Positions 1 to 12,971 of a stretch of 64,000 nt of DNA are shown in pieces. Every line of letters begins with the position of its first letter. Position 1 is the first letter of the stretch. The notes under the pieces were generated by a model. It was not told where the DNA came from, ran no database searches, and was given only the letters and a program-made list of their open reading frames with translations. The DNA is from Lingula anatina (taxonomy: Eukaryota; Animalia; Brachiopoda): assembly GCA_051362555.1 (NCBI GenBank), contig JBPQGU010000016.1, forward strand, positions 744,001 through 808,000, in the 5' to 3' direction. The position numbers and the translations under genes are program-made.

Positions 1-500
1 TTGGAATATTCTAGCAAAACATGTTTAAATAGTATTTCAGTAATGTTCCAATTATGCAGGTGCACGCAAACGTGAATGCATGCTTGTGTGTGTGTGTGTG
101 TGTGTGTGTGTGTCAGAGAGAGTCATGTTTTTATGATAAGATGGAAAATAGTTTTCAAATTTTGCATACCCTAACATGTGACCATTTATAATTCACTTGT
201 ATTCTTTTTACGTCAGCATTAAATATCATTTTACCTAAACTCTGAAAACACGGATGAAATCAATTACTGAAAATACTGCAAGAAATTATTTAATAAAAAA
301 TAGTAATTTTGCAAGCGAAGCAATGTTACCAATGGCTGTACTCGCTCTAAGAAGAAGTTTTCCAATTGGCTTTTCTAAAGCAGAAACCCATGTAAAGTTT
401 TCATTGGTCTTGTTGCAATGAAAAATACGCCAGTATTAACTTAAGTCCGGCTGATTTAAAATATCATAGTTTTGTCATTTGTTATCATAAGATATCCTAC

Positions 501-2898
501 CGAACTGGCAGTATGTTCCTGTAAAACCACCAGGACAAGTGCAGTGAAATCCACCATAGCTGTTTTGACAGGTGGCGCCAAGGGCACATGGGCTATTATA
601 GCATTCGTTTATATCTGCAATGAAACCAAATGAATATGTACCTAAGGCTTTATTTTACATTTCATTCTAATTTTGCTTTTTTTCGCCCTAATTATTAGTC
701 CCTTTTTAAAAATCATTCAGATGTTATTCAAAATTATGTACCTTTTCCAAAACGATTTTGATTAAATTAACGATTTAGGAGACCTTCTCAGTAAGCATTA
801 AGCTTTCCCTGTAGAAATACCGGAAAGTGGTGAAACACGGATTTTCTTGAAATTGATACATGTGAAGGAACCTTAAAAAACATGTACACATCTTAAAGGA
901 AACTGCTGAAAACATTTGATTTCCATGACAACCGCATTTAAAGTTTAAAATGCCCAAATCAAACCTTTTTCACCCATATACATGAAGAGAATGCATAAAA
1001 TTGATAAATAACTGTGGTTTCATTAACTGGGCTTTATAATTCATTAGATTTACTGAAAATGCTCCAGTAATTTTTTCTTGTTTTGAGAAAAAATTAACAG
1101 TTTTTAAATACAAAATGTGTCAACTTTGAAGCTGATTTTATCCCAAGGTCCACAAGTTTGATGTAAATCACTTATGATTCCAATTAGACAAGTTTTCTTC
1201 TTCTACATTAAATACATTTTGTAGCAATAGATTAACAAACATTTAACATGCATTCAAAGCCATTTTGTCGTAAGAAAAGCCAGTCCATGTGCAGCTCTTT
1301 TGGCGTTGGAAATGGAAAAGTTATGAACACTCTTTGGAGGGAAAGTTGATCTAATTCAATGACCTGAAATTGTTTGCATGGTAAAGATGGGCAAGTCTGG
1401 TAAGTGTATCATAATTATTATTCATTTTAAAATCTTATTAGAAATATTTTGGTGTTCTTGGATAATTGCTTTTTTTTTAAATTAAAACTGTTTCTTATTA
1501 CTGGGCCTTTATCCATGTACAGTTACAATGTTTGAATGTTGTCCAACTGAAATAATTGAATTAACTGAACATGTTTATTACTCTACTGCCTATTGATAAA
1601 AAGTTTCTGGCGCTGTTGTATAAGTACCTTTTATTTTTCAACATAAATGTAGAACCGTGGTGCACCTGCCTGGTTGGAATATACGAGGGTTGATTGATAA
1701 GTAGTGAGCCTCATATATCTGAAAGCATGAAGTGTCCTGTGTGAAAGTCCGATGTGAATCCGTCGACTGGAGAGTGGATGGAGACAAATCGGCTCAAAGT
1801 TCAGTGAAAGTGTCCGATGAAATCCCACAGTAATTACGATGCAAGTTCCAGTAGAAAATATGAGTGTCGGTTCAGTGGTAAATAGGTTCCAAAAAAAATA
1901 TTCTCCTTCAAAAGTCCCAAAACAAAACTCAGTCTCCTATCCGTTCATACTCCCAGCGTCTGTCTAAACTAACGCTCTCGAGATACTCATGCTCTCGCGA
2001 TATGGTGACGTCATAAGCTGACCTACTTATACACAACAATAGTCTCCTTGAGTATCTATACACTTTTGCCAGCAAATTTTGAGAGCCTCTATGCCACTTT
2101 TATAGAACCCCTTCACTTCACGTATGACGTCATCATCTGACACAAAGTGAGTACCTGAAATGGCCTTTTTCAATTTGGGAAATAGATAATAGTCAGAGGG
2201 AGCAAGATCAGGGGAATAAAGTGGATGTTCTATCAGTTCAAAGCCACGCTCGTTGATTGCAGCAATGGCAATGACAGACTTGTGAGCAGGGGCATTGTCC
2301 TGGAGGAACAGTACACCTTCCCTGAGCTTTCCGCTGCCTCGTCGACATAAACTAACCAAATGACACCAAACTCCGGCTACACACCTTTAAATAGCCAGGG
2401 AATAGAAGGGCTGAAAAGGGATATACCTGCTTAACCCCTTCCACACGAGGCTCACTACTTATCAATCAACCCTCGTTTTTAAGGACAATAAGTGTGGGGC
2501 CCACACCTCTACAGACATGCTTACAAAGAAGGAAAAGACAAAGGAAATTAATAGATGACAAGGGTGTGGATTCTGCAGATTTCGAGGCCCAGTTTCAAGA
2601 TATGTTCACACTTGCCAGGCAATAGTGGGGCACATATTGTGTCATCTAACTGCACATGTTTTTATGTTATGTTTATTTTTATAGGGGTTTCAAATTCATG
2701 CTTGTTTCTTAAAGCCATACTTAAATGTTCAAATTTTTAAAACGGCTTTACCTTTCATACCTTTGGAGATGGCGGGGGGGTCGGGATGACAGTACGAGAT
2801 TTGCAGAATTTGATCTGACGCGCCATAAAAAGTTGAAAGATCTTAAGTCCCTGCTGTTGATGAAATATGTCATATCAACATATTCAAGTTGGTAGGGA

Positions 2899-2945
<47 letters not shown>

Positions 2946-4968
2946 TCTGTCAATATGTGTGTGTGTGTGTTTTCTTCATTTGTGTTTCTTTTCTGCCCGT
3001 TTTCTTTTTTTTTATTTTAAAATTTGATTTTAAACACCACAGAGATATTTGTCATAACCATTGATTTTATATGTAGAAACAGACTTTACTATTATACCAA
3101 ATTCCGTTGTTCAAGTAACCGTGTCATGATAGAGAAAAAAAGATTTCACATGAATATAAACAAAGACAATAAATTTTACCTATTTTGCTTGACGCAAAAT
3201 GTTCATAATATAGAAAATGGCTTTTATCTTTTATTGATATAAAGATTGAAAGCGTTTATGATCATTTATTGTCACCGTAAGAGAACTAGCTGTTATGCAT
3301 ATGTAAATATATCTTGCTATAATGTAACATGCATTTTTTTGTGTACATAAATATTTGTTACAACTTCAACTGGTTAAAACTGAAATCGTATTTGGGTCAG
3401 AGACCTTGGATTACAGAATAAACATCGAGCAAATTTTTTTCTACAATAAAGGAGAAAAGCAAATGTTTCTGTTATTTTCACAGCATATAGTATTCAGTGA
3501 AACAGAAGCTATTTATAAGTGAAAAATTATCTTTTCTTTCTTAACGATCTTAAGGATCTGAAAAGCATGCTTCATTTGCAAAAATAATTCATTACATTCG
3601 AGTGTTGGTCATGATGTATATCAAGGTAATAAATGTCAAATGCATTTGGAAAAACATGCCTGTTTATGTTAATGTTATGTTAAAACAATCAAAATCACTG
3701 AAAAATGACTGCCAAAATATCTCAAAAAATTATGTTTGAAAAATAATTGATCGAAATAAAAGCAAACAAAATTCTCTTTTCTCATTGTGTGTTATTTCTT
3801 CATATACTGAATTTATTAGTTTTTATTTTTTATTTTTTATTTGGTTGCACAAATCTAGGTTATTAAGGAAATAATTCTCAGTAAATACTTGTGTTGGCCT
3901 TACTTGTGTTGGTTCTTTCCATTTTCAAATTCCTTACTTATTTATTGTTGCCACAGCAGGAAGTTACACTTATTTGAAACAATAAACAGGGGCAGTCCCA
4001 GGATTTTAAGTGGAAATAGTGGGGGGAAAGACCTCCGCCCCTCAGAACCACCTCTCGACCCTGTCAACCCCAATTAAGTTGGGCAACCACACATTTCCTG
4101 AGGGGGGCGACCCCATTCCTATATTCAGCTCTGAAGAAGCTTTTCATATACAAGTCTAAAAGAAACGTTCCCCATGTGAAATATCATTGTTCTTTGACTT
4201 AATATGTCGATTTATAAATTCCCACAGGTGCAGGAGCCATGGAATTAGCATTAGTTGATATGGTAACCAAAGTATAATGCCTTTTGGTATACACCCATCT
4301 CTGCCTATGTTAATGTATTAAAAACAATTTAAATTACTATGGAAAAACTCTGCACTCATGTGTGAAAAATAAAATTAGGATAATTTTTGCTTTAAAAATC
4401 AAGAAAATTAACATTTTCATTCCTACATTTATTAATTGCTACAAAATTTTATTCTTTCAAGTCCAGTTTCTCAAGAATACGCCATGAACACATGAGTGTG
4501 GTCCTTTTCATATCCATGGCTTACTTACAGTTACCATAGCAACGGCCCCTGATAATACATGCAAGGTGGCTACGTGGGTTTTTGCTCGGAAAACTACACA
4601 CTTTTTATATTTTAGTCCATGGAGTGCAACTTTTCTGCAGCATTGTTTAAAATTAACTAAAAAATAGGTATTTTGGTTGGTTTATGAAGTCTCGTAGGTC
4701 TCGGAGTTATGGAGTTTTCCGTCGTTGCAATGGCAAGCATAATATACTGTACATCAACGGTTTTTTTTTTTTTTTGGTATATATCAGTGCCTGCTTATGT
4801 TAATTTATCGAATATAAAATGTCTAAAGAAAACAATAACTCTACCCAAAAAACGCCCAAAAAATAAAGTTGGAAATGTTCTGTTTAAAAAATAAAACGCA
4901 AAGAAAGTCAATTTGTTATCAGCTGTGATTCCTGCATCTATTACTTGAAACAAAATTTTATTTTTTTC

Positions 4969-5016
<48 letters not shown>

Positions 5017-5170
5017 ATTCAAGCCTAGTTTATCAAGCTCAGGATACTCCATTAATCCCTGAGTATGGGCCTTGGGAGAAAATTGACTTCAAAAATCACC
5101 CTATTATTGGTAAATCCAAGTTTCAAACTCATGGCTTAATTGCTGTTACAATAGCAACGGCCCCTGGGGG

Positions 5171-5247
<77 letters not shown>

Positions 5248-8175
5248 GTTGCTACACATATTTATGACCAGTAATCAGCAGACTTTTCATATATCAGTCA
5301 ATGTTACATGTCCTTTCCATCAATATAACTTTTCTTTAATTTGAAAATTGATAGTTTTCCATGACTTTTCAAGTCCCAGGGGCTCAGGAACTTTGACTGG
5401 TACATTTGTTGCCGTGGCAACCAAGCGGGGACTTTTTAAAAACCGAAAAGATAATCATTTTTGCACTTCATATAACATATAGCACTTTTTTCAAAATTCA
5501 AAAATTTTATTGTGCAGGTGGAAGTTTAGTGCTTACTGAGAGGGCCTATTATTACTAGTACTTTTAAAAGAAAGTAGACAAGAGTAGACGGCGTGGATCT
5601 GGGTTAGAGTGCAAATTACAATAACGGACACCCATGGGATCCATGTTACAAAGTTTTCCTCCAAATAAGCGCTACGGTCTAGCTTTGTGATGTCATGAGC
5701 AACATGACGTGTACGTGCACTTACCGGCTTCGCATCTTGCACCTTGGAAACCCAAAGTACAAGAACACCGAAACGAACCCACCAGGTCCACACATTCGGC
5801 GCCGTTTTTGCATGGTTGACTTAGGCAATGATTGGTAGCTTTGGACATGTATAAACATGATTAGATTGTGTAACAAAAATGTTATGGCCTATATGAAAGA
5901 GATCATAAATATTAATGTTTTGTGTATGTTATGCTTTGAATGTATGGAATTTAACTGCCATTTGCGATGTGAAAGTAAAGTAGTACCTTCGTTGATTTTT
6001 TATCATCGGAATAAAAATTATTAAAAATGCATTCCACTGTTTTATCATTTTCACTGTATTTTCTTACCTCTTCGTCAAATAGATTTAAAGGCGTCATTTG
6101 TTTAGAATATTTTTTCAAATGATTTTGCTTGTTTCTACTGAAAAGTTAAAAATGTGATCATTACTTTTAGAATATACATAAAACTCTAGCAATTCTAGTG
6201 CTTGTGATAAAGCTAATTGTGTAACTCTTACTTGTTTCACAATTACTCCCGGTGTATCCATGGGGACAGCTGCAAGAATAGGTTATAGCATGACTCATAC
6301 ACGTTGCGCCATTTTGACAGGGCCGGCTGCGACAGAGATCATTTACTGTAATATAAAAGATCCTCGTTATAGAACTAGGAAACACTTGTAATTTTGCGGA
6401 TTTGGGACAACAATGTCTGTAAAACATCAATTCGAGGTAATTAACAGGCCAACATAAAGTTTTTTTTCTTAAACCATGTTTTATAATTATAATTATTGAA
6501 GAATCTGTAAAAAAAAGTCAATTTCTAGGTTATAAAGGAAAGAATTCTCAGTAAATGTTGGCCGGTTATAAACTTTTTCTTTTGTTTATTTCGACTTTTC
6601 TTAATTTCAAAGTGCTCTCTCCACATGAGCAATGCCTGTTCTTAACTGCATGCTTATAATGGCACAAACACAGGTTTGTTCAATATGATATTTGATATAA
6701 AGGCACAGAGAGAACTTTAAATGCGAACCTTGACAGTTTGTCCCGTAGTACCCGGCAGAACACAAACATTGATAAGAATTCACCATGTCAACACACGTCC
6801 CACCATTCTGACAAGGACGACTAGAGCATTCACTTATTTCTAAAAAAGTAAATATTAATAAAGCGTGATAAAATGGTCACTTGTAAAAGGGCCAAACTTA
6901 TTTTATCGTAAAAAATTATATAAATAACACTGAATACTTGGCACTGACTGTTTGTTTAAGAAATGAAAGTTAGAGATTTCGAAAATTAAAAAATTAAATT
7001 TCATATTTAAAAGGTCTTTACATTGACCAATATATAGTCTTTTTAATTTTTAGCTAAATTTATTATCATACCAAGCTGACATAATTTGCCAGTGAAACCA
7101 GGAAGGCAATGACAGTCAAAACCGCCATGATTATTGCTACAGGTGGCGCCCCTGGCACATGGGTTGTTCATGCATTCATTTACGTCTGCAAAAGACAAAA
7201 AATGTATACTGAACATATCCTGTCTATTTTCCAATTGCACTTCTTTGTACTTATTCCAGCCGTTATTATAGCATTTTTACATAGTTTGCTTACGACTGGT
7301 TTGTCACTGTAATAAAGACATACAGTAGGCATGTATGTGGCCACACTCCATTAGGTTTCGTAGTGCCCACATTTCAGACTGATATCTGATTATTAATCAT
7401 TTTTAAAGTTGTATCCTCACTTTAATGGTTTGGCAGATTTTTAATATTTTCACCATATTTATCTAGAGATTCAATATAAAACCAAGCGTCTTCCTTCACT
7501 TACTTACCATTTGACTCATTGTTTGTTGAAACCAAATTATTGTTGCGTTGGTCACTATTTTCTTTTGGAGTGAACGCTAGCGACCATACAACAATAGCAA
7601 CCAAGGCAGCGCATATGATTCCCGTTAACACCAATGCTATTTGTAGCCGTCTATTCACATTTGTCTTTGGTAGCTGTGCAAACCTTAGTTTGGGATCATT
7701 GGCATTTGGACGAGGAATCCTTAAACTCTCATACACATTTGATTCCTCCACTAAAGCATGATCAGCATCCGACGACGTTTCATATATTGCATTCACATAC
7801 ACGGCGCTTTGGTTTTGGGGAGTAACGAACAACTTCATACCTAAAAGTAGTTTTAGGTTGATTTCATCATGGACTCGACAACTTCAGTGTTCTATTTGTA
7901 ATGAATTTAAATGTTTTACAAAGATGAAATAGATTTTATGCAAATTGGTATTCTCAGATCACCTGAATATAATGGTCACATCCAAATAAATAAGTAAAGG
8001 TGAGAAACCAATATATTTATTTTCAAAGATAATATTCAACACTGAGCAAACATTACTCTCCCTTTACATATTTTATAGCTTGAATTTAAAACAGATCTAT
8101 GAAATAAAATCTTAATTATTCAAATTGAGTAAATTAAACTTAAATCCCTGGATGCATACCTCTTTTGTCTGCCAT
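501..8175 (-). CDS. Paralog A: type II transmembrane EGF-repeat receptor, 3'-incomplete (continues past the left edge; SRCR exon predicted off-window)
   Basis: GT-AG exons, all phase 1: 8160-8175 (MADKR), 7508-7840 (tail [39 protein letters not shown]), EGF 7072-7185 ([10 protein letters not shown]), 6729-6839 ([10 protein letters not shown]), 6232-6345 (NDLCRSRPC), 5725-5838 (TNHCLSQPC), 501-614 ([10 protein letters not shown]). Every EGF exon is 111 or 114 bp with 6 Cys and no stop. Confidence 0.85.
1682..2477 (-). mobile_element. Internally deleted mariner (DD34D) element nested in the larger TIR element
   Basis: Perfect 29-bp TIRs CGAGGGTTGATTGATAAGTAGTGAGCCTC at 1684-1712 and 2447-2475, with TA at the left end. 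ORF 2027-2359 encodes the transposase C-terminus with LQDNAPAH and [16 protein letters not shown] motifs. Confidence 0.93.
5171..5244. repeat. (TA)n microsatellite; others at about 22761-22815, 23068-23138 and 49944-50008
   Basis: Directly visible. Confidence 0.95.
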
Positions 8176-9069
8176 GTTTACTTTCTTCAAAATTCAAGAG
8201 ATGTGGAATAATAAAATGCTGTACTGCCACATCTGGCAAAGAAAGAATGTAAAAGTGTATTTTGCAATTACAACGTATTTCACAAAATGCGCCGTGGTTG
8301 CATGGTGCGAAAATAATGTTTTTTTTTTTTTTTTTTTTTTTTTTTGCAAAGGGCGGTGAGCCTGCAGTAGTGAGAGTGCTCAAAATTTATTCTCTGAGCG
8401 ATATCAAGCCCGGTATTACAGGGGCTTAAGATAAAAAACAGCATGAAATATTACGATAAGCCACCCACCGCGCTTTCTATGCTGACATGTTGGTAAATAT
8501 GTGTTATCTATAATCCCTGTACATTAGCAACGAGACCTAACTGTAATGCAAACTTTTCTTTCGATTTTGTCACTTACACTAGATCAAAGGGTATTTAAAA
8601 AATGGTTGTTTGTGTTAAATATTTTTCAGCTCTTATTATGTTCAGTTTTAGGTCGTTATTTGGCTAAATATTTCCGTTGTAAAGTTGCAATAATACAACT
8701 ACAAACAGAACCTACCGCAAACTTAAAACTGTGGAGATACTTATTGTACACTTTGCCAGTGTATATTTTGCCATTTATATCACATTATCATCATTTGATG
8801 GAAATAGACATGTACTTATTGATAAGTAAACAAGACTCGTAACCAAAAGATAATAATGTTTCTGATTCTTTAATGTTTAATAAAGAAAAGACATTATCGC
8901 CAAGGTCACTATGATAAGCACAACCATTGTATCTACACTCACAAACATTTAATTCATTTCAACATTTTAACTTTGCAACGCAGTGCGCCAACTGTGAGAT
9001 GAGATGACTTATCTTTAGAAGTATAAACGTAAAATTTCCAAACCTAGAATACATAATTATTGTACTTAC

Positions 9070-9260
9070 CAGTGTGTTTGCATATAGTGGTGTTTTCAAG
9101 CAGCCTTTTTACTAATGTGACACTGCGCACGTTTGTTGACAACAACGCCTTCGCTACCACGCTGAAACTAATCAATATTGCTTCCTGGTTCACAAACGAG
9201 TTCAACACGTGACATTGCAAATACGTCGCTGCAAAATGTTTGCCTCTAAAAGTGGTTGCT
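9070..9260 (-). promoter_or_regulatory. Putative non-coding first exon and promoter of paralog A
   Basis: Block conserved in all three paralogs. Splice donor GTAAGT at 9064-9069, ETS-like CTTCCTGG near 9181, E-box CACGTGAC at 9206-9213. Confidence 0.5.
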
Positions 9261-11058
9261 TTTTTATTTATTTGAGCTCCATTCATAGGGACAAGGTAGT
9301 ACTTCTAAATTGTCGACTTTGAAGGTAGGTCCTGATATTTTTATTCCAATTGTAAAGACAAAGTACACCCCACAAATAAAATATGCACTGAGGTACTTCA
9401 TAGCTTTACTTTTTCGTCCCAAATATGCTCATAAAATACGATCCAGATACTAAATCCCCATATTCCTAAGTTAAAACTTCCATAGAACTTTACTTGACGG
9501 TTGCAATAACGTTCTAGTTAGAGTAGCTTCACGGATAGAGGTCATAATGTTTACACAACATAGCATCTTTGGTAGAGATAAAAAAAAATTATCATTAGGT
9601 TGCGGTAGTGAGGCGCCTTTAGCAGTATACAACTAAAACAATACATGTGAGGACGTGTGGCGGGATTAAACTGTTCACTTCTGCGTGGGATGGCCCCACT
9701 TCGCACCTAACACTTAAAATGTATTATCTAAATTTTCAGCAGGGCCCGAATTTCATCAACACTGGAGAGCGCTGTCCTTTGGATACCGTGTACAGGTACC
9801 TGAACTATCCATTTATCACTGGGTCACTGCTGTTACGTCATATACATACTGATACAGGGTCGCTTGTCACCTTTATTGGTTGATGAGTCAAGAGCCATAG
9901 AAAACAATTTTGAAATGCGATACTTCAGTCCAACATAATGGAAACAACATCAGCGTCGGTTTAGTACTTAAAAAAAAAAATTGAAAAAACACTCATTACA
10001 GTAGATTATATGTAGATGTAGGTAGATAGGATTTTCCTAATCTTTTAACAGTTTCCCCTTAACCAAATACATATAGGTACATTTTACATTATCTTGGAAG
10101 GCAGTAACTAAAAATACATGTTAATGAACGATCTCGTGCTATTCACATTTCATTCAAACAATTTTCCAAAGAGAAACGGAATAAAGTTAATAATAATCAT
10201 AATAATTAATACACAATAAATAGCTTTTCACAACAAATATTTCAATGCAATTAAGTTATGTGCAGTGCTTAAGATATAACCGTATGCTATACTAAAAGGA
10301 TGCATTCTACTCTAAACTTATTACAAAATACGAAGTTGAAAATATGTACCGCAAAAACTATAAGTGCGGTTTTTAAACTGTCTTAAAAATCTGTGATTGA
10401 ATATTATTTCTCATTCCAGACAATAACAGGTTTACCAAAGTATATTTGGAGGAGCCCCGGTGAGACGCCTTAAAAAAGAAGAATTAAAAAACCAATGTGC
10501 TGGTCATGTAACTGGTAAAGGGGGGCACCGAAGTCACCGGGGAGAGAGTTGAGAACCCGCCACTGAACCGTGAAGAAGATCTGTGATTTCTTATCTCTCC
10601 ATTTGACCAGCTCATTGGGTTACTGAAATTAATTTCCTTGTTGAAGATCAATGGCACCGATCCAACGTCTGACCGTTCGGTTATTTTCTTTGCATTTACA
10701 ACATTATCTTTCCTCCTCTTATGTGAAATCACACTACTAGATGAATCAGATCATTTACTCTCTAATCAAGAGTGTCTTTCATGACTTGACCAATATAGCC
10801 TACTATACCAATTTAGCCTACTATACATTCTTGAGTCAATGTACGAAGGATATGGTGGCCATTATAACCTATCGACACTGATATAACATTGTAAGGTAAA
10901 GCGCTGGTCTGTAAATCTGTGTTGAATTTTATTTTGTTGGCGTGACAAAATATCAACAAATTACAGAATTTAAAAAATCAACACTTGTTAAATAATAGGG
11001 TGTTCATATGGCACTTTTGTCTTCCCGTAGGAGGTTTACTAAGTTCTAAAATGCATAG

Positions 11059-12940
11059 TCAAAAACAAAGAACGCCAGCATCTTCAGCGTGATTACAGTT
11101 TTCAACTGCCCAACCATTGTGACCACATGACCCAATACTGGATTCTGAGCCTGTGCATCCGACATCGTCCAACCATATGGTTCCTTTGCCTTGTCCAAAA
11201 TATGCACTCTCTACAGCAAGTGCGTTGGAATACAGAAGACTTAAGGACTTGCAGAAAACTCTGGCATCAGTGTTATCCCAGCTGTCATCGCAAACTGTTC
11301 CCCAGTCTCCATTATGGTACACTTCTACCCTACCACCGTATTTGCTATTGATATTTATTCCAATAAGACGGTACGGGTGACTGGACACAAAAGCTGGAAT
11401 GTTCAAACAAAAGATAAAGAGAGAGTGTTTCATTTATGATCCATTCATCTTGCTTTATCTTTTTTCTTTCTTTCTTTCTTTTGTGTAAGTTATATTCTGT
11501 CATGATATGTCTGAATTATATTGTTTTATCATGTGGTATTTTACACATTATTCCTTCAGAATTTTATCTCTTTCCAGCTACAGACTAGCGAGCTATATCA
11601 AATTATTTCTATGTTTGTCTATTTTAAGCTTTTTACCTGATTCACAATTCCTGCCTGTATATCTGTAAGGACAGCTGCAGGAATACGATAAAGTTTCATT
11701 CCTACAAATGGCGCCATTCTGACAGGGTGTGCTGCGACAGTGATCTGCTTCTGTAGCAAATATGGCGAATTTTCTAAGCATGTTCTTGTTAGTTTTCTTT
11801 TTATTGAGTTTAACTACGCAGGCAATTCATATAATACATTTTCTTTATATATGGATTTCATGTACAAATTATATTTATCATAATCCAAACATATTTGCTC
11901 ATATATTTTCAAGTTTCACCTTGGCAGTTTGTCCCGTAGTACCCGGCAGAACACAAACATTGATAAGAATTCATCATGTCAACACACGTCCCACCATTCT
12001 GACAAGGATGGCTGGAACATTCACAGATTTCTTAAAAAAAAGAGTATATTAATAAAACATTATTTCATTTTAAAAGCAAAACATCTTATAAATACCGCAG
12101 AAAATGTGTACTGACTGTTAATTTTAGAATTTAATGTTAGAGATTTCGAAAATTAAAAAATTCACTTGGTATTTAAGTTTTCTTTGCAATGACCTGTATA
12201 CCACCCTTTTACTGGCTAAAGTAACATACCAAGCTGACATAATTTGCCAGTAAAACCAGGAAGGCAATCGCAGTCAAAACTGCCATGATTATTTCTACAG
12301 GTGGCGCCCCTGGCACATGGGTTGTTCATGCATTCGTTGACGTCTACAAAAGAAGCAAAATATATTTGTACCTTTCTTTTTCCATTGATTTTCTTATTGC
12401 AGTTCTTTGTACTTATCCCAGTCGTTATTATAGCAAATATATAATATTCACTTTATTCTGCACAAACAGAATGCGTTACAAAGTTATAGAAAAGAAAGAC
12501 GCCATTACAAAACATGTAATTTGATAATAAAAAAAATGCTTGATGCGTTCAAAATGGGAACATAATATTTTAATGCGTATGAGAGCTAATTAAATTAGTC
12601 TTATATTAACTTGTGATGGACCCAAAGTAATGAAAAAACTTTCATTGGTCTACCAGGTCATTAAAATTACACAAACTTATGGTTTGGTACCTACCGTTGT
12701 CACACCATGTCCCTTGGTAACTGGAAGAGCAAGAACATCGGAACGAGGCCACCGAGTTCTCACACTTGGCACCATTTTTGCAAGGGCTGCTTATGCAGTG
12801 ATTGGTAGCTGGAATCAATAAACATGTATGCCTCCACACTGTATAAGATTTCATGCCTACGTTTCGGGCTGATATCTTATTTTTAGTCATCCTTTTTTTT
12901 TCACATTGAGTGGATTGGCACATTTAATGTTTTTTTCACC

Positions 12941-12971
<31 letters not shown>

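Larger units (their letters stand above)
776..5548. mobile_element. About 4.8-kb non-autonomous TIR DNA element in an intron of paralog A (superfamily uncertain)
   Basis: Imperfect terminal inverted repeats: left TAGGAGACCTTCTCAGTAAGCATTAAGCTTTCCCTG; right, reverse-complemented, TAGGCCCTCTCAGTAAGCACTAAACTTCCACCTG. Removing it leaves about 337 bp, versus 348 bp for the equivalent intron in paralog C. Several internal GTTRCCATRGCAAC-like motifs. Confidence 0.7.
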
